From: Rhynchopus sp. YZ270_cl-10
Taxonomy: Eukaryota
DNA: 64,000 bases
NCBI GenBank assembly: GCA_964035575.1
Contig: OZ037841.1
Location: 1,302,001 to 1,366,000, forward strand
Reading direction: 5' to 3'
The notes under the pieces were generated by a model that was not told the DNA's origin, ran no database searches, and saw only the letters and a list, made by a program, of their open reading frames with translations. The translations under genes and the position numbers were made by a program. The first letter of the stretch is position 1; every line of letters begins with the position of its first letter. Shown piece by piece: positions 46,500 to 58,122 of this stretch.

Positions 46500-47567
46500 A
46501 TGGAAGATGAGCAACGGGAAGTGCGGTGGTGGGTATACCGCGTCATGACTGTGTCGGGGCACAGCTTTACGGGCGTTTCCGAGCGACTCTGCGGGGAGAC
46601 AGACGTAGTCATGACACACTGTGTACAGCATGTCCCTCAGCATGCCACCGCACTGCCGGACAGCTACCACATACCAGTACGCGATGCGATCACGCTCCCG
46701 CACAGCGACATCACAGAAATCGCGTCTCTCTCAAACCCGTACACTCTGAAGACCGATGAGGGTTCCATATCCACATTTACACAGTACGTTCGTGGCGGTG
46801 GGTCCGGTACGCAAGCCAAGGTTTACCTAGGAGTGCTCTCTGAGCGTGACCGAGAAGACGACGCCACCACACCCGTTGCAGTGAAGGTCTCAGGGTGCAG
46901 TGCAACCTCTGTTGCCGCCATCGAGCATGAGGTGGCGATGCTTAAGAAGGCGATGCTCGCAGGGCCTGCCACCCACGCACACATTGTGACCCTAAAGGGG
47001 TACGGACGGTGTGGGGTGCGTGCTTTCGTTGCCATGGAGCTGTACGACGTTGCGCTCAGCACGCTGTTGGAGGAAGGCTTCGTGTTTGCACCCAAATTGG
47101 CAGAGTTTGCTGCAGCGCTGCTCCGTGCGTTGGTGCATCTGCATTCGGTTGGGATCGTGCACAGAGATGTGAAGCCTGCGAATCTGCTTCTCTGTGGGTG
47201 CACCAATATGCTGAAGCTTGCAGACTTCGCTACCGCAGAAAGGGTAGGCCATGTGTGCACAGAACGCCAGCCGTTTACTCCTGGGTTTGCTGCGCCTGAG
47301 GTGCTGGGTGATGCAACGGTACGCACGGCAAGCGACATATGGGCCTTCGCGGTCACGCTTGTTGCTCTCGCATGCGGCAAGGCGGAAGAAAAGATAGGTC
47401 CATGTGATGACAAGTTCTTCACAGAGCACGCCTCTCAGGAGAAGCTAGACGCCGACCCCAGACTGCACAGCATACCCCCTCCTTTGCAATCTGTGGTCAA
47501 GAAGGCCCTGCGCCTGGACCACACAGAGCGTCTGTCAGCAGGGAAGCTGCGGAGGATGTTGGAGTAG
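46500..47567 (+). CDS. Ser/Thr protein kinase
   Basis: GSGTQAKV, VAVK, HRDVKPANLL, DFA (in place of DFG), APE, SDIWA. Confidence 0.92.
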   Translation: MEDEQREVRWWVYRVMTVSGHSFTGVSERLCGETDVVMTHCVQHVPQHATALPDSYHIPVRDAITLPHSDITEIASLSNPYTLKTDEGSISTFTQYVRGGGSGTQAKVYLGVLSERDREDDATTPVAVKVSGCSATSVAAIEHEVAMLKKAMLAGPATHAHIVTLKGYGRCGVRAFVAMELYDVALSTLLEEGFVFAPKLAEFAAALLRALVHLHSVGIVHRDVKPANLLLCGCTNMLKLADFATAERVGHVCTERQPFTPGFAAPEVLGDATVRTASDIWAFAVTLVALACGKAEEKIGPCDDKFFTEHASQEKLDADPRLHSIPPPLQSVVKKALRLDHTERLSAGKLRRMLE

Positions 47568-48319
47568 AACGACCAAAGGCTCAGCAAAAAGTAATGGTAA
47601 AAAATAAAAGCGTGCCAAGGTGTGACTCTTACTCAAACGGTCGGTGAAAGAAAGGGCTCTCATTGATCATGCCCATGAATGTTGTCTGAGTAGAAAAAAT
47701 AGGAGCCTTTGGGCCCAAAATAACCCAGACAAAAGCCTCGTGGAAGTTTCTCATGTGTGGGCCCAGATCACATTATTGGTGTGGCTGAAAAGGTCAAAAG
47801 CGCATCCTGACAAAGTGACCTTTTTTCTGTAGTGCTATTTTTTTTTACTGTACTGCCAAAAAAGTAGCTTTTTCTCCCATTCTCAGCAGAGGGCCATTAA
47901 GTGGATGATGTTTTTTGTGTTGCGAAAATGTTCTCAACTGATTTTAGAGGAACGCAAAATAAAAAAACAAAATAATAAGCGAGAATCACCGTTCAGTTAG
48001 TATAGTACCGTGTAGGTTCTGCTGTGTTAGTGATTTAGCTGTGTGCAAAGCCCCCCAGCCCCCCCAGTTTTCAGACGACGTCGTTACTTAGGTTCATATT
48101 CATCTCCAAATTTCTCTTTTTTAAATGGACAAGGCGTTATTCGTTTCTCCAGCCACGTCCACACCCACACACCCCCGGGCACTTTCAAAGTCTTGTTCAG
48201 GGCTGATGGGATGGGGGGGATTTTTTTTTCCTCTTTACAGGGTTTCCGCCAGGATTTGGGGTTTCAGAAATTGGGGTGTACCATGAAAACGACCCCCAAA
48301 AAAATTTTTTTTTCTCCCC

Positions 48320-49512
48320 GGGGGGTATGTAACTTTGTGTATTAGTGTGTAAAATTTGACCGGCCCTTTGGGTGAAAAAAAAAGGGTGAGGGGAGTTGGG
48401 TCCAGTCATAGGGAGTATAGCATATTTTTTGGAAAATTCTTCAAAAAAGCAAGGATTTTTGTTGAGCACAATGAAATTTTCAGAAAAATCCCAATTTTCG
48501 GCCAAATTTGGAGCAAATTATGGCCCACCCACCCCGATTTTGGGTCAAAAACCGACTTCATTTTTGCACAGGAGTGCCTACGATGTCGTAAACCAGAGGT
48601 CCTCTGGATGCATGCATTGATAAACACAACACTGGAAATTGCAAGGAACGAGTCTACATGTGCGTGTTCTCTAGCCACTACAGTCACAGGGTGTGCACAA
48701 AATGACCGTATTGTGGCTGAAGTTTGACTTGCGAAATTTCGCGAACATCTATTTCTGAGGTTTTCTTTGGATTCTTTGGGCCATTTTATGACCTACCACG
48801 CCCGATTTTGGGCGATAAAACAAAATTTTGTCAGGTCAAAAATCGCCTAGTACTTGTGAAAAGAATTGCTAAGGAAATGTGTAATATGCGTGTTTTTGTA
48901 CAAAAGTACGTTTTTGGGTGCTTCTGGAGGGTCAAAACACCAAAATTTTGCGTTTTTTTGCACTTTTTGGTGCCCAAAAACCCAACTCAGGGGTCGAAAT
49001 TTTCCCGGGAAAAAAAAATTTTTTTTTTTCGATTTTTCGATTTTTTGACAAGGCGCTGGCCCATACAAAATGCACTGGTGGTACAGAAAATGGCCGGGGA
49101 ATAAACTCTAGATGCTCAAAACCGCCTAATTCTTGCTTTTTTTGACTTTTTGGTCCCAGAAGGGTACATAGGGTGTAGTGAGCAGGCCTCAAAAACACTT
49201 GTGAAAAAAAAATTGGGATTTTTTTTTTTTTTGAGATTTTTGAAAAATCGGCCGATTTTGCGACCAATTTTGGCTGGGGAATTTCGACGACCAAAGGGTC
49301 CCCCCTTTGGTTTTTTTCAAAAAATCGGGTATTTTTTGTGTCTCAATAGTACCCGGTCAAAATGCCGGTCAAAATGGGGTGCCGGTCAAATTACATACCC
49401 TATTTTGACCGGGTACTATTTGTACACAAAAATACCCGATTTTTTCGGGAATTTTTGACAACACACTGGTTAAGTGACCGGTCAGAACCGGTCAAATTAC
49501 ATACCCCCCCCC
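48320..49512. mobile_element. About 1.2-kb non-autonomous element with GGGGGGTATGTAA termini
   Basis: GGGGGGTATGTAA..TTTGACCGG vs CCGGTCAAATTACATACCCCCC; repeated CCGGTCAAA subterminal motifs; interior matches 325-525. TSD not resolved. Confidence 0.55.
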
Positions 49513-50073
49513 GAAAAAGCGGTCGTCGCGCCCTTCGCGCGCGCCTCCCTGGCAGACACAGGTAGAGAGGCGAAGCGTGCGGGGGGGTGCTACAAAAAAA
49601 TTTTTTGGGAAGGGTTGAAAGGGCAGAAGGGGAGTCGCGAGATACGCTCACTACCGGTTGAGGTGTCACTTCCACTGGGCTGCAGAAGGGCGGTCTTTGG
49701 TAGGGGTGGTTCGTTTGGAGGTCGGGGGTGGAAGCTTAACAAGGCAAGGTGTCTTGTGAGAGGGTGGTGGTATTTGCTTTTTTCATTGCCTGGCGCTACA
49801 CAGTGATTACAGTGCTGCCGTTGGAACATGTAATAGAAAGTGAATGCACTCGTCGCTTGCACCGAAGCCTCCTTTAGTTTAGAATATAGCAACATCAAAT
49901 AACCAGCAACACAGCGCCGCAGGCGCACGGTACGCTACTTTTTTTCTCTTTTTTTTTTCTAGATTTTACCCCCCTTTTCTTCCACTTCTTTTGACACAGC
50001 GAGCCAAACGCTCTGCACGGTGGGGTCACATGACCACAGGGGGTCATCTACAACCTCTAAAACCATTTTTCTC

Positions 50074-50158
50074 GGGGTGTACTTTGGTACACCCCGAATC
50101 CCTGTAAAAATCCAAATTTTTCCGGGAAAATATTGGGGTGTACCAAAGTACACCCCGG
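50074..50158. repeat. Pair of mutually inverted palindromes GGGGTGTAC-N4-GTACACCCC
   Basis: Read directly at about 50074 and 50134. Confidence 0.75.
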
Positions 50159-50844
50159 TACCCCCTGGCGGAAACCCTGTCTTTGTTTTTTCCCCAAACT
50201 TCTTTCCTAAAGCACAGTCCACCTCCCTCATACTTTTATCTTTCTTTTTGTGGTGGGTCAGGGTCTCCAGCAGCGGTCTCGCAGTGCGGTGTGTTGCTGC
50301 ACCTTGTGTGTTCCCGGTATGTGTGATCCCATGTATCGGGGTGCTGCCTCCCACAGCAGTGGGAACGCTTCGCCTGTGGGACATGACGGGTCGCCTCAGG
50401 GTAGTCTGTGCCATGCGCAGGTACACTGCTATTTTTGGTGGTGAATAATCGTTTTGGGAAGGTGCGCCACTTAGCGAGTAGAGGGCCGACTGCTGTGGAT
50501 ATTGTGGGGGAGGGAATATCTACATCTGTTGGGTGCCGCCACTACTCCTGCTTTTACAGACCTCCTGGGTCAATTCTCGGTGGTGGTGGGTCAGGGTCTC
50601 GATCCTGCTGATTGCCCCTTCCTAAGGCCTTCTGCGGCAGGTGTCCTTAGACAGCCCCTTGGCAAGCTGCGCTATCCGGACTCGAGGCGTTCACGCTCAT
50701 TTCCGTTCCTGCCCGTATGGTGAGCATGATGGCTGAGGCAACTGATTATTCTTCCTCTTCTTGTTGTCCTTCTTCCCACAACACACAAACAGGGACAACA
50801 CACCAACCTCTGTGAATAAACACACCATATTTTCTTTCAGGAAG

Positions 50845-53800
50845 ATGGGATCCGGAGCGTCGAAGCCTGAAAAGGACGAGATTGCAAAAGGAATTACTGG
50901 GAAGGAGAGGCCCGTGGACGCAGTGGACAGCGTGGACGGGAGGACAATGCTGCACAGTGCCGTGCTTGCGGGGGACGTGGAGGCAGTGCGGTTTCTTGTG
51001 GAGAACGGGGCAGGGAACGTGCGTGACAGGGACGGGAAGGTGCCGTTGTGGTACGCACTGCAGCACAGGGACGCGGATGTGCGGGGGCGACTTGAGGCGG
51101 AGCTGGGGGCGCATGCATCAGAGATCCTTGTGGAGGTGGAGGATGCTGTGCAAGTGTACCTCACTGACGGTGTCGCGACAACAACAACAACAACAACAGG
51201 TGTGGCAGTGGAACGGAGCAGTGGAGATGCAACGACAGCACCTCTTACTGACCACATGGCGAAAGACACATCGACTGGAGACAGGCACCTGGGAGAGGAC
51301 GATCTTGACGGGGACACGGGTGCACTGAGGCACACAGACGGACGGAAGGTGGAGTTTCTGCGGAAAACAGAGGACGACAACAACAACAACAGCAATGGAG
51401 GTGAAGACCTGCTGTGCTGGCTGCGTGGTCTGCCAAAGGTTGATCCGCCGTTGGGATACACAGACGAACACGTGCGGCACATGGAGGCGGGGTTCCGTGT
51501 GGTGTGCAAGCGTCTGCTGGAGGACATGAGAGGACGGAGGGAGGCTGCGGGGACACGTGGTGGGCACGTGGAGGTGGAGGACTGGATGGCGGCACGCGAC
51601 CCGTTCGAGCTGCTGCTGTCGGGGTTCCTGTTCACGTCTGACTGCGTGGAGTATGTGCTGGACAGCGGCGGGGATGTTGTGTGCGACGAAAAGGGCACAC
51701 CGCAGATTGCGAAAGGGCCTGATGGGAAGCTGCGGTACATCAGACTGACGGAGCGGGCTGTGCTGGACAACCACGGGAGTGCTGCTGATTCACAGTCGCT
51801 TGCGCTGTACATGACGATGAACACTGCGATGCGTGCTGTGGGGCAGCTGGCTGCGGTGAAGGAGTGGAAGGGGACACCTGAGAAGACAGTACCGAACGTT
51901 TTTGAACTGTCGCCCGCACCCCCGCAGCTGCACGTGCTTGCGACCTTTGCTCCGCTGATCCGTGGTTTGGACCGGCTGATTGGGAGCCGGCGGAAGCAGC
52001 TGCGGACTGTGTTCCGCGGGATCAATGTGAACGTGTCTGCGAAGTACGCTCTTAATACGCACGTTGTGTGGAACTGCTTCACGTCGACAACACTGAAGCG
52101 GGATGTGGCTCGGAGCTTCATGTACGGGAAGGGGGGCACGTTCTTTGTGGTGGTGGCGAAGGAGGGTGCTGCAGACGTTAAGTTCTCGTCTGTGTATGCT
52201 TCGGAGGACGAGCTGCTGTACACAGCGAACATCGAGTACCGTGTGCAGTGGAAGCTTTCGCCGACGCTGCTGCGGATGATGGGGCTGCGCTTTGACGTGA
52301 TTGTGATGCAGGAGGTATGCTCTGGTGTGGGGGAGACGAGTGCGGCTGAGCAGGTGGGTGCGCTGCAGGAGGTGATGGGACACACTGTCGCGTTCTTCGA
52401 GGACTACCTTGCGCAGTACGTGGAGGGGCGTGTGGGGGACGACACACGTGTGGATGAGTCGGAGACACGTCCGCTGATCGAGGAGGTGCGGAGGTGGCTT
52501 CGTGCACGTGGAGGTAGAGGTGGAGGTGGGAAGCAGATGTCTTCCGTGCAGGGAGCAGCAGCGGACACAGAGCGCAAGCTTGATGTGGAGGCGAGAGAAG
52601 AAAGACAAGGAACGTGTGGTGCGCTGTGTGTGATCGGAGAAGGAGGGAGCGGGAAGACGTCTGCGTCGATTGCGATTCTGAGCGACCTTGCAACGTCTGC
52701 GAGGAAGAGCGAAAGCACCAGCAACGAGGACACAACGACAAACAGAAGCAGAAACAGCGTGGTGGGTGATGTGACTGAGGATGCGGATGCGAAGCCATAC
52801 TTCCCTGTGTTTGTGGCGCTGCCGACTGTGAAGCAGCATCTGCTTGAGAAGGGAGGGCTGGACAGGTTTGTGCTGGAGTCGTTTGCGCTGCGGGAGGCGG
52901 ACCGTGCGTACCTTGCGGAGACGTACGAGGTGGTGCTGGTGCTGGACTCGCTGGACGAGGTGGGGCTGACGCAGAAGGATGTGGGTGCTGTGGTGGCTGA
53001 GGGTGGCCTTCTGTGCCGGCACCAGTGGGTGGAGGCACACTGCAGCGTTGTTGTGACTGTGCGTGGTGAGTACCTGAAGGGTGTGGACACGTCTCCGTCT
53101 GGTGTGTGTGGGGCTGGTGTGCGTGCTCTGTACATGCAGCCGTTCACAGAGGTGGATGCGAGAACGTACATCAAGCGTGCAAACACAGCCTGGGAGAAGG
53201 AACACAAAAAGGAGAAGTCAGCCCAGAAGGAAGAGCGCACAGTCTTCGTGCGTGAGGAGGACGTTGAGGGACTTGTGCAGCTGCGGAACCCGTTTGTGCT
53301 GCACATGGCGTGCCACGCGCAGTGCAGCGGGAAGGCTTCTGAGGAGGTGATCTACGAGACCTACCTCGACACGTGGACGAAGAAGGAGATGGCGTCTGGA
53401 GGAGTTGCTGTTGCTGTTTCGGATGTGTCTTTGGAGGATGTGGTGCGTGCAGGGGAGCTTGTTGCATGCAGGATGCTGGAGACAAACGAGTGGCAGGGGA
53501 CTGTGGGTGTGGCGTCGGAGGTTCTTGTGTCGCAGCACGGTGTGTGTGAGGCTGTGCGGGATGCGTGCTTCCGTTGCCTGCCTTTCCGAATTGAGGACTT
53601 TGGGGAGGAGCGGAGTGCGTTCACGTTCCGGCACAAGTCGCTTGGGGAGCACCTTGCAGCACGGCGGCTTGCACGTGATCCAGCAGGGACACTGGGGACG
53701 CTAGTGCAGCGGAGCTTCAGCAAGGACTCGCAGCGTGTGCTTGGGTTCTTTGCGGCGCTGGTGTGTGGAGACAGTGGGCTGTACGAACGTGCCTGCACAG

Positions 53801-56082
53801 AGCTGCTTGCGGCTGTGAAGGCGACAAGGCGCGGAAGTGCGGGTGGAGGTGACGATGGAGATGCAGGTGTTGGTGGGGAGGGTGCTGTGACAGCAGGGTC
53901 GAATGCAGCAGCACTGCTGGCACGTGCACGCATCCCTGTGAGTGGGGAGGACCTGACCGGGATCCGTGTGTCGAACTGCGACCTGCGCGGGTCTCTGTTT
54001 GTGGAGACGGCGCTGACGGGTGCTTCCTTCTCGAACTGCTGGCTGGAGCACACTGAGTTCAACACCTGCGACATGGGTGGCACGATGCTGCCTGACTGCT
54101 CACTTGGCACACCACTTCCTGTACTGCAACATGAAGCCTCTGCTGTGGCAGTGACACCTGATGGTAGTCAAATGGTTACAAGTGGCCACGACGGCAGTGT
54201 ACATGTGTGGAGTATGTCTTCTGGGGAAGAAGTTATGGTCTTGGATGCAAAGGTGGATTCATATTGCAAACAAATCAATGGAGTAGCATTAACACCTGAC
54301 GGAACCCGTGTGGTTGCGTGCTCCGCTGACACAACTGTGCGTGTGTGGGATATGCACACTGGGGAGGCAGTGTTCGTCTTGGAAGGCCACACATGTCGTG
54401 TGCTCGAAGTAGCAGTCACTCCTGATAGTTCTAAAGCTGTTTCAACTTCTCGTGATGACGGCATCCGTGTGTGGGATCTCTTGACGGGGATCGAAGTGCT
54501 GGCAATAAAGTCGCCTGATATTCTCAGCATGGTTATTACCAAGGATGGAAGTCAAATAGTGACATGCTCTAAGGATGTGCTTTGCGTATGGGATCTGGTC
54601 ACGGGGAAGCAGGAGATGCAGTGGCCTTGTTGTATGAAGTCTTCGCATGCACTGGCAGTCACTCCCGATGGATGCCATGTTGTTTCGTGCTCTGATGGCG
54701 CACATCTTTGGAACCTCTCCACTGGGGCAGAGGTGATGGTGTTCCATGCCGACGAGTTGACAGCAGTGGCAGTCGCTCCCGATGGATGTCACGTGGTTGC
54801 TGGATCCGAGAGCGGCAATGTGCACGTTTGGAGCATTTCGACTGGGAAGGAGGTGACGGTGTTGCAAGGGCATACTTCTGAGGTGAGTGCAGTGGCAGTG
54901 TCACCAGATGGATGCCACGTGGTTTCATGCGACAGCTGCTTCTTCGGTACTGTTCGAGTGTGGAACATCACGACCGGGAAGGAGACACCAGGTTTCGAAG
55001 GAGTCTTAGGCAATTCTGTGGCAGTGGCCCCCGATGGATCTATCATTTCGAACGGTGGGAAGATGAGGTCCATCTGGAACGCATCCACCGGCAGGCAGAC
55101 ACAGGTAGTTGAAGCAGGAACATGTCAACGTACTGCGGTGTCCCCAGATGGATCTCATGTAGTTTATTTCTCTTGCGACGACGCTGGCGAAACGAGAGCG
55201 TGTGTGTGGGACGTTGCGACGGGGAAAGTGCGGCCTTTGTGCACAGATTCCAGTACGTTTGCGGTGTTCTTGAAACAGTCTATAACACTTCATTTCTTAG
55301 CAGTGTCTCCCGATGCATCTCACGTGGTGACCTGCTCACAGTCTTCACAGGAGACAGACACTTACTATACGCCTGGCATGCTCGAGTGGGAAGACACTTG
55401 CGATACGTATGTGTGGAGCATGACGACTGGGAAGAAGGTGTCAGTATATGCAGGAACTGAACGCTGTACTACTTGGCCTCCCGGCGGAGTGGTAGTGACT
55501 GCTGATGGAGTGCATGTGGTTTCGTACTATCGTGGTGGCCGTTCGGTACACATGTGGAAACTTCACACGGGAACAGAGACGATGGTGTTCAAAGGACATA
55601 CTGCTAACGTCTACGACGTGGCGGTGACTCGCGATGGATCTCGTATTGTTTCAGGGTCTGACGACAAAACTGTGCGTGTGTGGGATGTTGCCAGCGGGAA
55701 GGAGGTCTTCACCTTGCAGCATGATGCACACGTGCACCCAGTTGCACTGACACCTGACGGAGCTCACGTGATATCGTTGTGTGGCGGTTCTATGAGTGTG
55801 TGGAGCATGACCACTGGTGAGAAGGTGGCAGTGATGACGCCACATTGTAATCTGAACAGCGTTGCTGTGAGCCCTGATGGATGCGAAGTGGTCTGTAGTT
55901 GTGAGGACAAAAGTGTGCGTGTGTGGACCATCTGCACTAGGGAAGACGGCACGATTGGTGGGTTGCGGCTGAAGAGAGTGATCGGTGTCCCTCCAACAGT
56001 TCCTCGTGTATTTGGCTGTCGCAATGCTGATGCTGTGGAACCTGAACTTGCGAGACGGATTATTTGTCCTGTCGAGAAGTGA
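50845..56082 (+). CDS. NLR-like STAND protein: MGxxxS motif, ankyrins, ADP-ribosyltransferase (R-S-E), NACHT, pentapeptide repeats, WD40 repeats
   Basis: MGSGASK; GRTMLHSAVLAGD; VFRG / FTSTT / SEDELL; Walker A GEGGSGKT; Walker B VLVLDSLDE; FTFRHKSLGEHLAA; DLTGIRVSNCDLRGSLF; about 13-14 WD40 repeats. Confidence 0.92.
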   Translation: MGSGASKPEKDEIAKGITGKERPVDAVDSVDGRTMLHSAVLAGDVEAVRFLVENGAGNVRDRDGKVPLWYALQHRDADVRGRLEAELGAHASEILVEVEDAVQVYLTDGVATTTTTTTGVAVERSSGDATTAPLTDHMAKDTSTGDRHLGEDDLDGDTGALRHTDGRKVEFLRKTEDDNNNNSNGGEDLLCWLRGLPKVDPPLGYTDEHVRHMEAGFRVVCKRLLEDMRGRREAAGTRGGHVEVEDWMAARDPFELLLSGFLFTSDCVEYVLDSGGDVVCDEKGTPQIAKGPDGKLRYIRLTERAVLDNHGSAADSQSLALYMTMNTAMRAVGQLAAVKEWKGTPEKTVPNVFELSPAPPQLHVLATFAPLIRGLDRLIGSRRKQLRTVFRGINVNVSAKYALNTHVVWNCFTSTTLKRDVARSFMYGKGGTFFVVVAKEGAADVKFSSVYASEDELLYTANIEYRVQWKLSPTLLRMMGLRFDVIVMQEVCSGVGETSAAEQVGALQEVMGHTVAFFEDYLAQYVEGRVGDDTRVDESETRPLIEEVRRWLRARGGRGGGGKQMSSVQGAAADTERKLDVEAREERQGTCGALCVIGEGGSGKTSASIAILSDLATSARKSESTSNEDTTTNRSRNSVVGDVTEDADAKPYFPVFVALPTVKQHLLEKGGLDRFVLESFALREADRAYLAETYEVVLVLDSLDEVGLTQKDVGAVVAEGGLLCRHQWVEAHCSVVVTVRGEYLKGVDTSPSGVCGAGVRALYMQPFTEVDARTYIKRANTAWEKEHKKEKSAQKEERTVFVREEDVEGLVQLRNPFVLHMACHAQCSGKASEEVIYETYLDTWTKKEMASGGVAVAVSDVSLEDVVRAGELVACRMLETNEWQGTVGVASEVLVSQHGVCEAVRDACFRCLPFRIEDFGEERSAFTFRHKSLGEHLAARRLARDPAGTLGTLVQRSFSKDSQRVLGFFAALVCGDSGLYERACTELLAAVKATRRGSAGGGDDGDAGVGGEGAVTAGSNAAALLARARIPVSGEDLTGIRVSNCDLRGSLFVETALTGASFSNCWLEHTEFNTCDMGGTMLPDCSLGTPLPVLQHEASAVAVTPDGSQMVTSGHDGSVHVWSMSSGEEVMVLDAKVDSYCKQINGVALTPDGTRVVACSADTTVRVWDMHTGEAVFVLEGHTCRVLEVAVTPDSSKAVSTSRDDGIRVWDLLTGIEVLAIKSPDILSMVITKDGSQIVTCSKDVLCVWDLVTGKQEMQWPCCMKSSHALAVTPDGCHVVSCSDGAHLWNLSTGAEVMVFHADELTAVAVAPDGCHVVAGSESGNVHVWSISTGKEVTVLQGHTSEVSAVAVSPDGCHVVSCDSCFFGTVRVWNITTGKETPGFEGVLGNSVAVAPDGSIISNGGKMRSIWNASTGRQTQVVEAGTCQRTAVSPDGSHVVYFSCDDAGETRACVWDVATGKVRPLCTDSSTFAVFLKQSITLHFLAVSPDASHVVTCSQSSQETDTYYTPGMLEWEDTCDTYVWSMTTGKKVSVYAGTERCTTWPPGGVVVTADGVHVVSYYRGGRSVHMWKLHTGTETMVFKGHTANVYDVAVTRDGSRIVSGSDDKTVRVWDVASGKEVFTLQHDAHVHPVALTPDGAHVISLCGGSMSVWSMTTGEKVAVMTPHCNLNSVAVSPDGCEVVCSCEDKSVRVWTICTREDGTIGGLRLKRVIGVPPTVPRVFGCRNADAVEPELARRIICPVEK

Positions 56083-56630
56083 GCGCACTGTTCGTACTTG
56101 CTCTTTGTGTTTGCCTCTTTTCCAAGACGAATGCGGTCTGAGTGACGAGCACGAATGGTGTTGACACTGCCTCGTGCGGTGGTGCCCTTATGCCACTGCG
56201 GGTGTGTTGTGCGAGGACAGAAGAGCGGCATATTCACACATCTTTTCCAAGATGTGTGCGATTTCACATGTGTTTTGACCACTTGGTTTTTGGAGTGTCA
56301 CACACTGCCACTTCCACATCTGTACACTATTCATTTCCGACTCTGCTTTTCCCTGGAGTTTGGGGCTCTTGCTGTTTCGTTTTACCAAGGTGGAGCGTTG
56401 AGGAATTCCACACACCTTCCATATTTTTGTGATGATTGAGAGTGTCAGTATTGCGATGTGTTAGGGTACAAACAGAAAGAGCGGCGGCCGTAACAAGGCC
56501 TTTACTTATATTTTACTTTTTTGTGTGATCTGGGTGAGGAAGCGTTCCAACTTTTCAGTATCTCACCCATTTTTTCTATTCGCGATTTTTTCCCCACCCC
56601 GTTTTTAGAATCAACAAAGTGTGGTGCTTC

Positions 56631-56770
56631 CCGGGGGGTATGCATTTCACAAATTTTCACGAATTTTCACAAAATTTCACAAATTTTCACAACACGGAAA
56701 CCGCTATAAAATTGTGAAGGCTGGTGAAAAGTGGTGAAAAGTTGTGAAAAGTTGTGAAAAGTTGTGAATT
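56631..56770. repeat. Decamer arrays in opposite orientation (AAATTTTCAC / GTTGTGAAAA)
   Basis: Read directly; begins CCGGGGGGTATG, like the terminus at 48320. Confidence 0.7.
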
Positions 56771-56849
56771 GATTTTTTTTTTGGGGGGGTTTTTTTTTGG
56801 GGGGTGGGGTGGTGACCCACCCATTGAGGGGTGCCGGGGGGGCGGCTAT

Positions 56850-57075
56850 ATGCTGCGTGCGCACGGCCGTACGTACGCGTACGCCGTGCGCACTTTCTGA
56901 GAATTCGCGCACGCCGTGCGCACGGCCCTCATTCAACGTAGGAAGCCTAGCTCCTATACGTTGCCCTTTGTTGTACTGTACCAGCCCCTATGCGCAGGGG
57001 GGTTATCCCGGATTAAAGCACCTTTCGAGAAAGGCGAAGAAACGCGTCTCACCCTCCTCTCCACAAAAACAGCAC
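56850..57075 (-). mobile_element. Partial inverted copy of the 32740-33089 MITE
   Basis: CCTAGCTCCTATACGTTGCCCTTTGTTGTACTGTA..TTATCCCGGATTAAA..GTCTCACCCTCCTCT is the reverse complement of 32915-33035. Confidence 0.88.
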
Positions 57076-57197
57076 AAGTCAGGGAATAAATCGTCATCTC
57101 AAAGAAGTAACGTACCCTGTCTTATTGACCCCTGGCCATGCTGCAAAAAGAAACAAAACAGCAAAAAAGTAAAAAATAAAGCAGCAATAACAAAATC

Positions 57198-57229
<32 letters not shown>

Positions 57230-57464
57230 CCCCCCCACCCTTACTTTACTATCACGACGGCCTAGTTATGCCCAAAATATAACTATACTGGGGTGATTTG
57301 AGGACTTTTTTTTTCAGAAAAATTCAGAAAAATTCACAACGAGGCGGAAACACGCGTGGCACAGGAGTGTCTTATTTTGTGAATTGTGGGTATTTTTGTG
57401 AATGTTAACGGTTGTGAATGTTTTGTGAAGGTTTGTCAATTTTTGTGCAGCTCGCCACCTTTTT

Positions 57465-57935
57465 GTGCAGCGCGGTCATGTTGGCGGGGGTGTGGACCAA
57501 TATGGCCTTGCTGTTCTTGATCTCGTCTACAATGAATCTTGAGCCCCTCGGAAAACACAATGGACAGACATTTCGGCATGTCGTGGCGATTTTGTGCAAC
57601 TTCTCTGCCCTCTGCTGCTGTGTGGCAAGCAAAATCTCGTTTTTTGAAGCCCTGTCTCCTTCGCTATCGTTTGTTGGGCCGCTTTGTGTGTGTGGGTCTG
57701 CTTGTGTGTGTCCGTCAGTTGCGCCGTTGTCTGTTCTTCTGCTTGTGGGGGTCCGTCAGTTGCGCCGCTGTGTGTGTTCGTCTGCTGTTCCGTTGTCTGT
57801 GTCCGTTTGTTGCACCGTTTTGTATGTGTCCATCTGCTCCCTCGTAGAGAGAGAGAGCAGGCGGTGGTGTCGGTCCAAATGCATCGAACGGGTCGAAGGC
57901 ATTGTCAGTTGTTGGTTTAGAGATGATACTTGTTA
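57465..57935 (-). pseudogene. Inverted degenerate copy of the 5' part of the 58123 gene
   Basis: The track peptide LATQQQRAEKLH..TPANMTALHKKV matches the gene, with indels. Confidence 0.9.
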
Positions 57936-57944
57936 TAACAGGGG

Positions 57945-58089
57945 TCTGTGGGGTGGCTTGGGGTCTTTTTTTTTCAGGAAATTCAAACCGTTCACAAAAT
58001 ATTCACATCATTTTGTGATTTTTTGTGATTTTTCCTGAAAAAAAGACCCCAAATCACCCCACAAATCACCCCACAAATCACCCCCATAG
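57945..58089. repeat. Inverted termini of the GGGGTGATTTGGGGTCTTTTTTTTCAGGA family at the foldback axis
   Basis: The same terminus occurs at about 57288, 60025 and inverted at about 60645. Confidence 0.7.
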
Positions 58090-58122
58090 ATCTTAACAAG
58101 TATCATCCACCAACAACTGACA

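Noticed and set aside
47221..47235. Pseudokinase call from DFA in place of DFG
   Set aside because: The VAVK lysine, HRD, catalytic-loop Asn and Mg-binding Asp are all present.
50697..54110. Long antisense ORFs (562, 471, 300 aa and similar ones opposite other genes)
   Set aside because: Shadows of GC-rich sense genes, with no motifs of their own.
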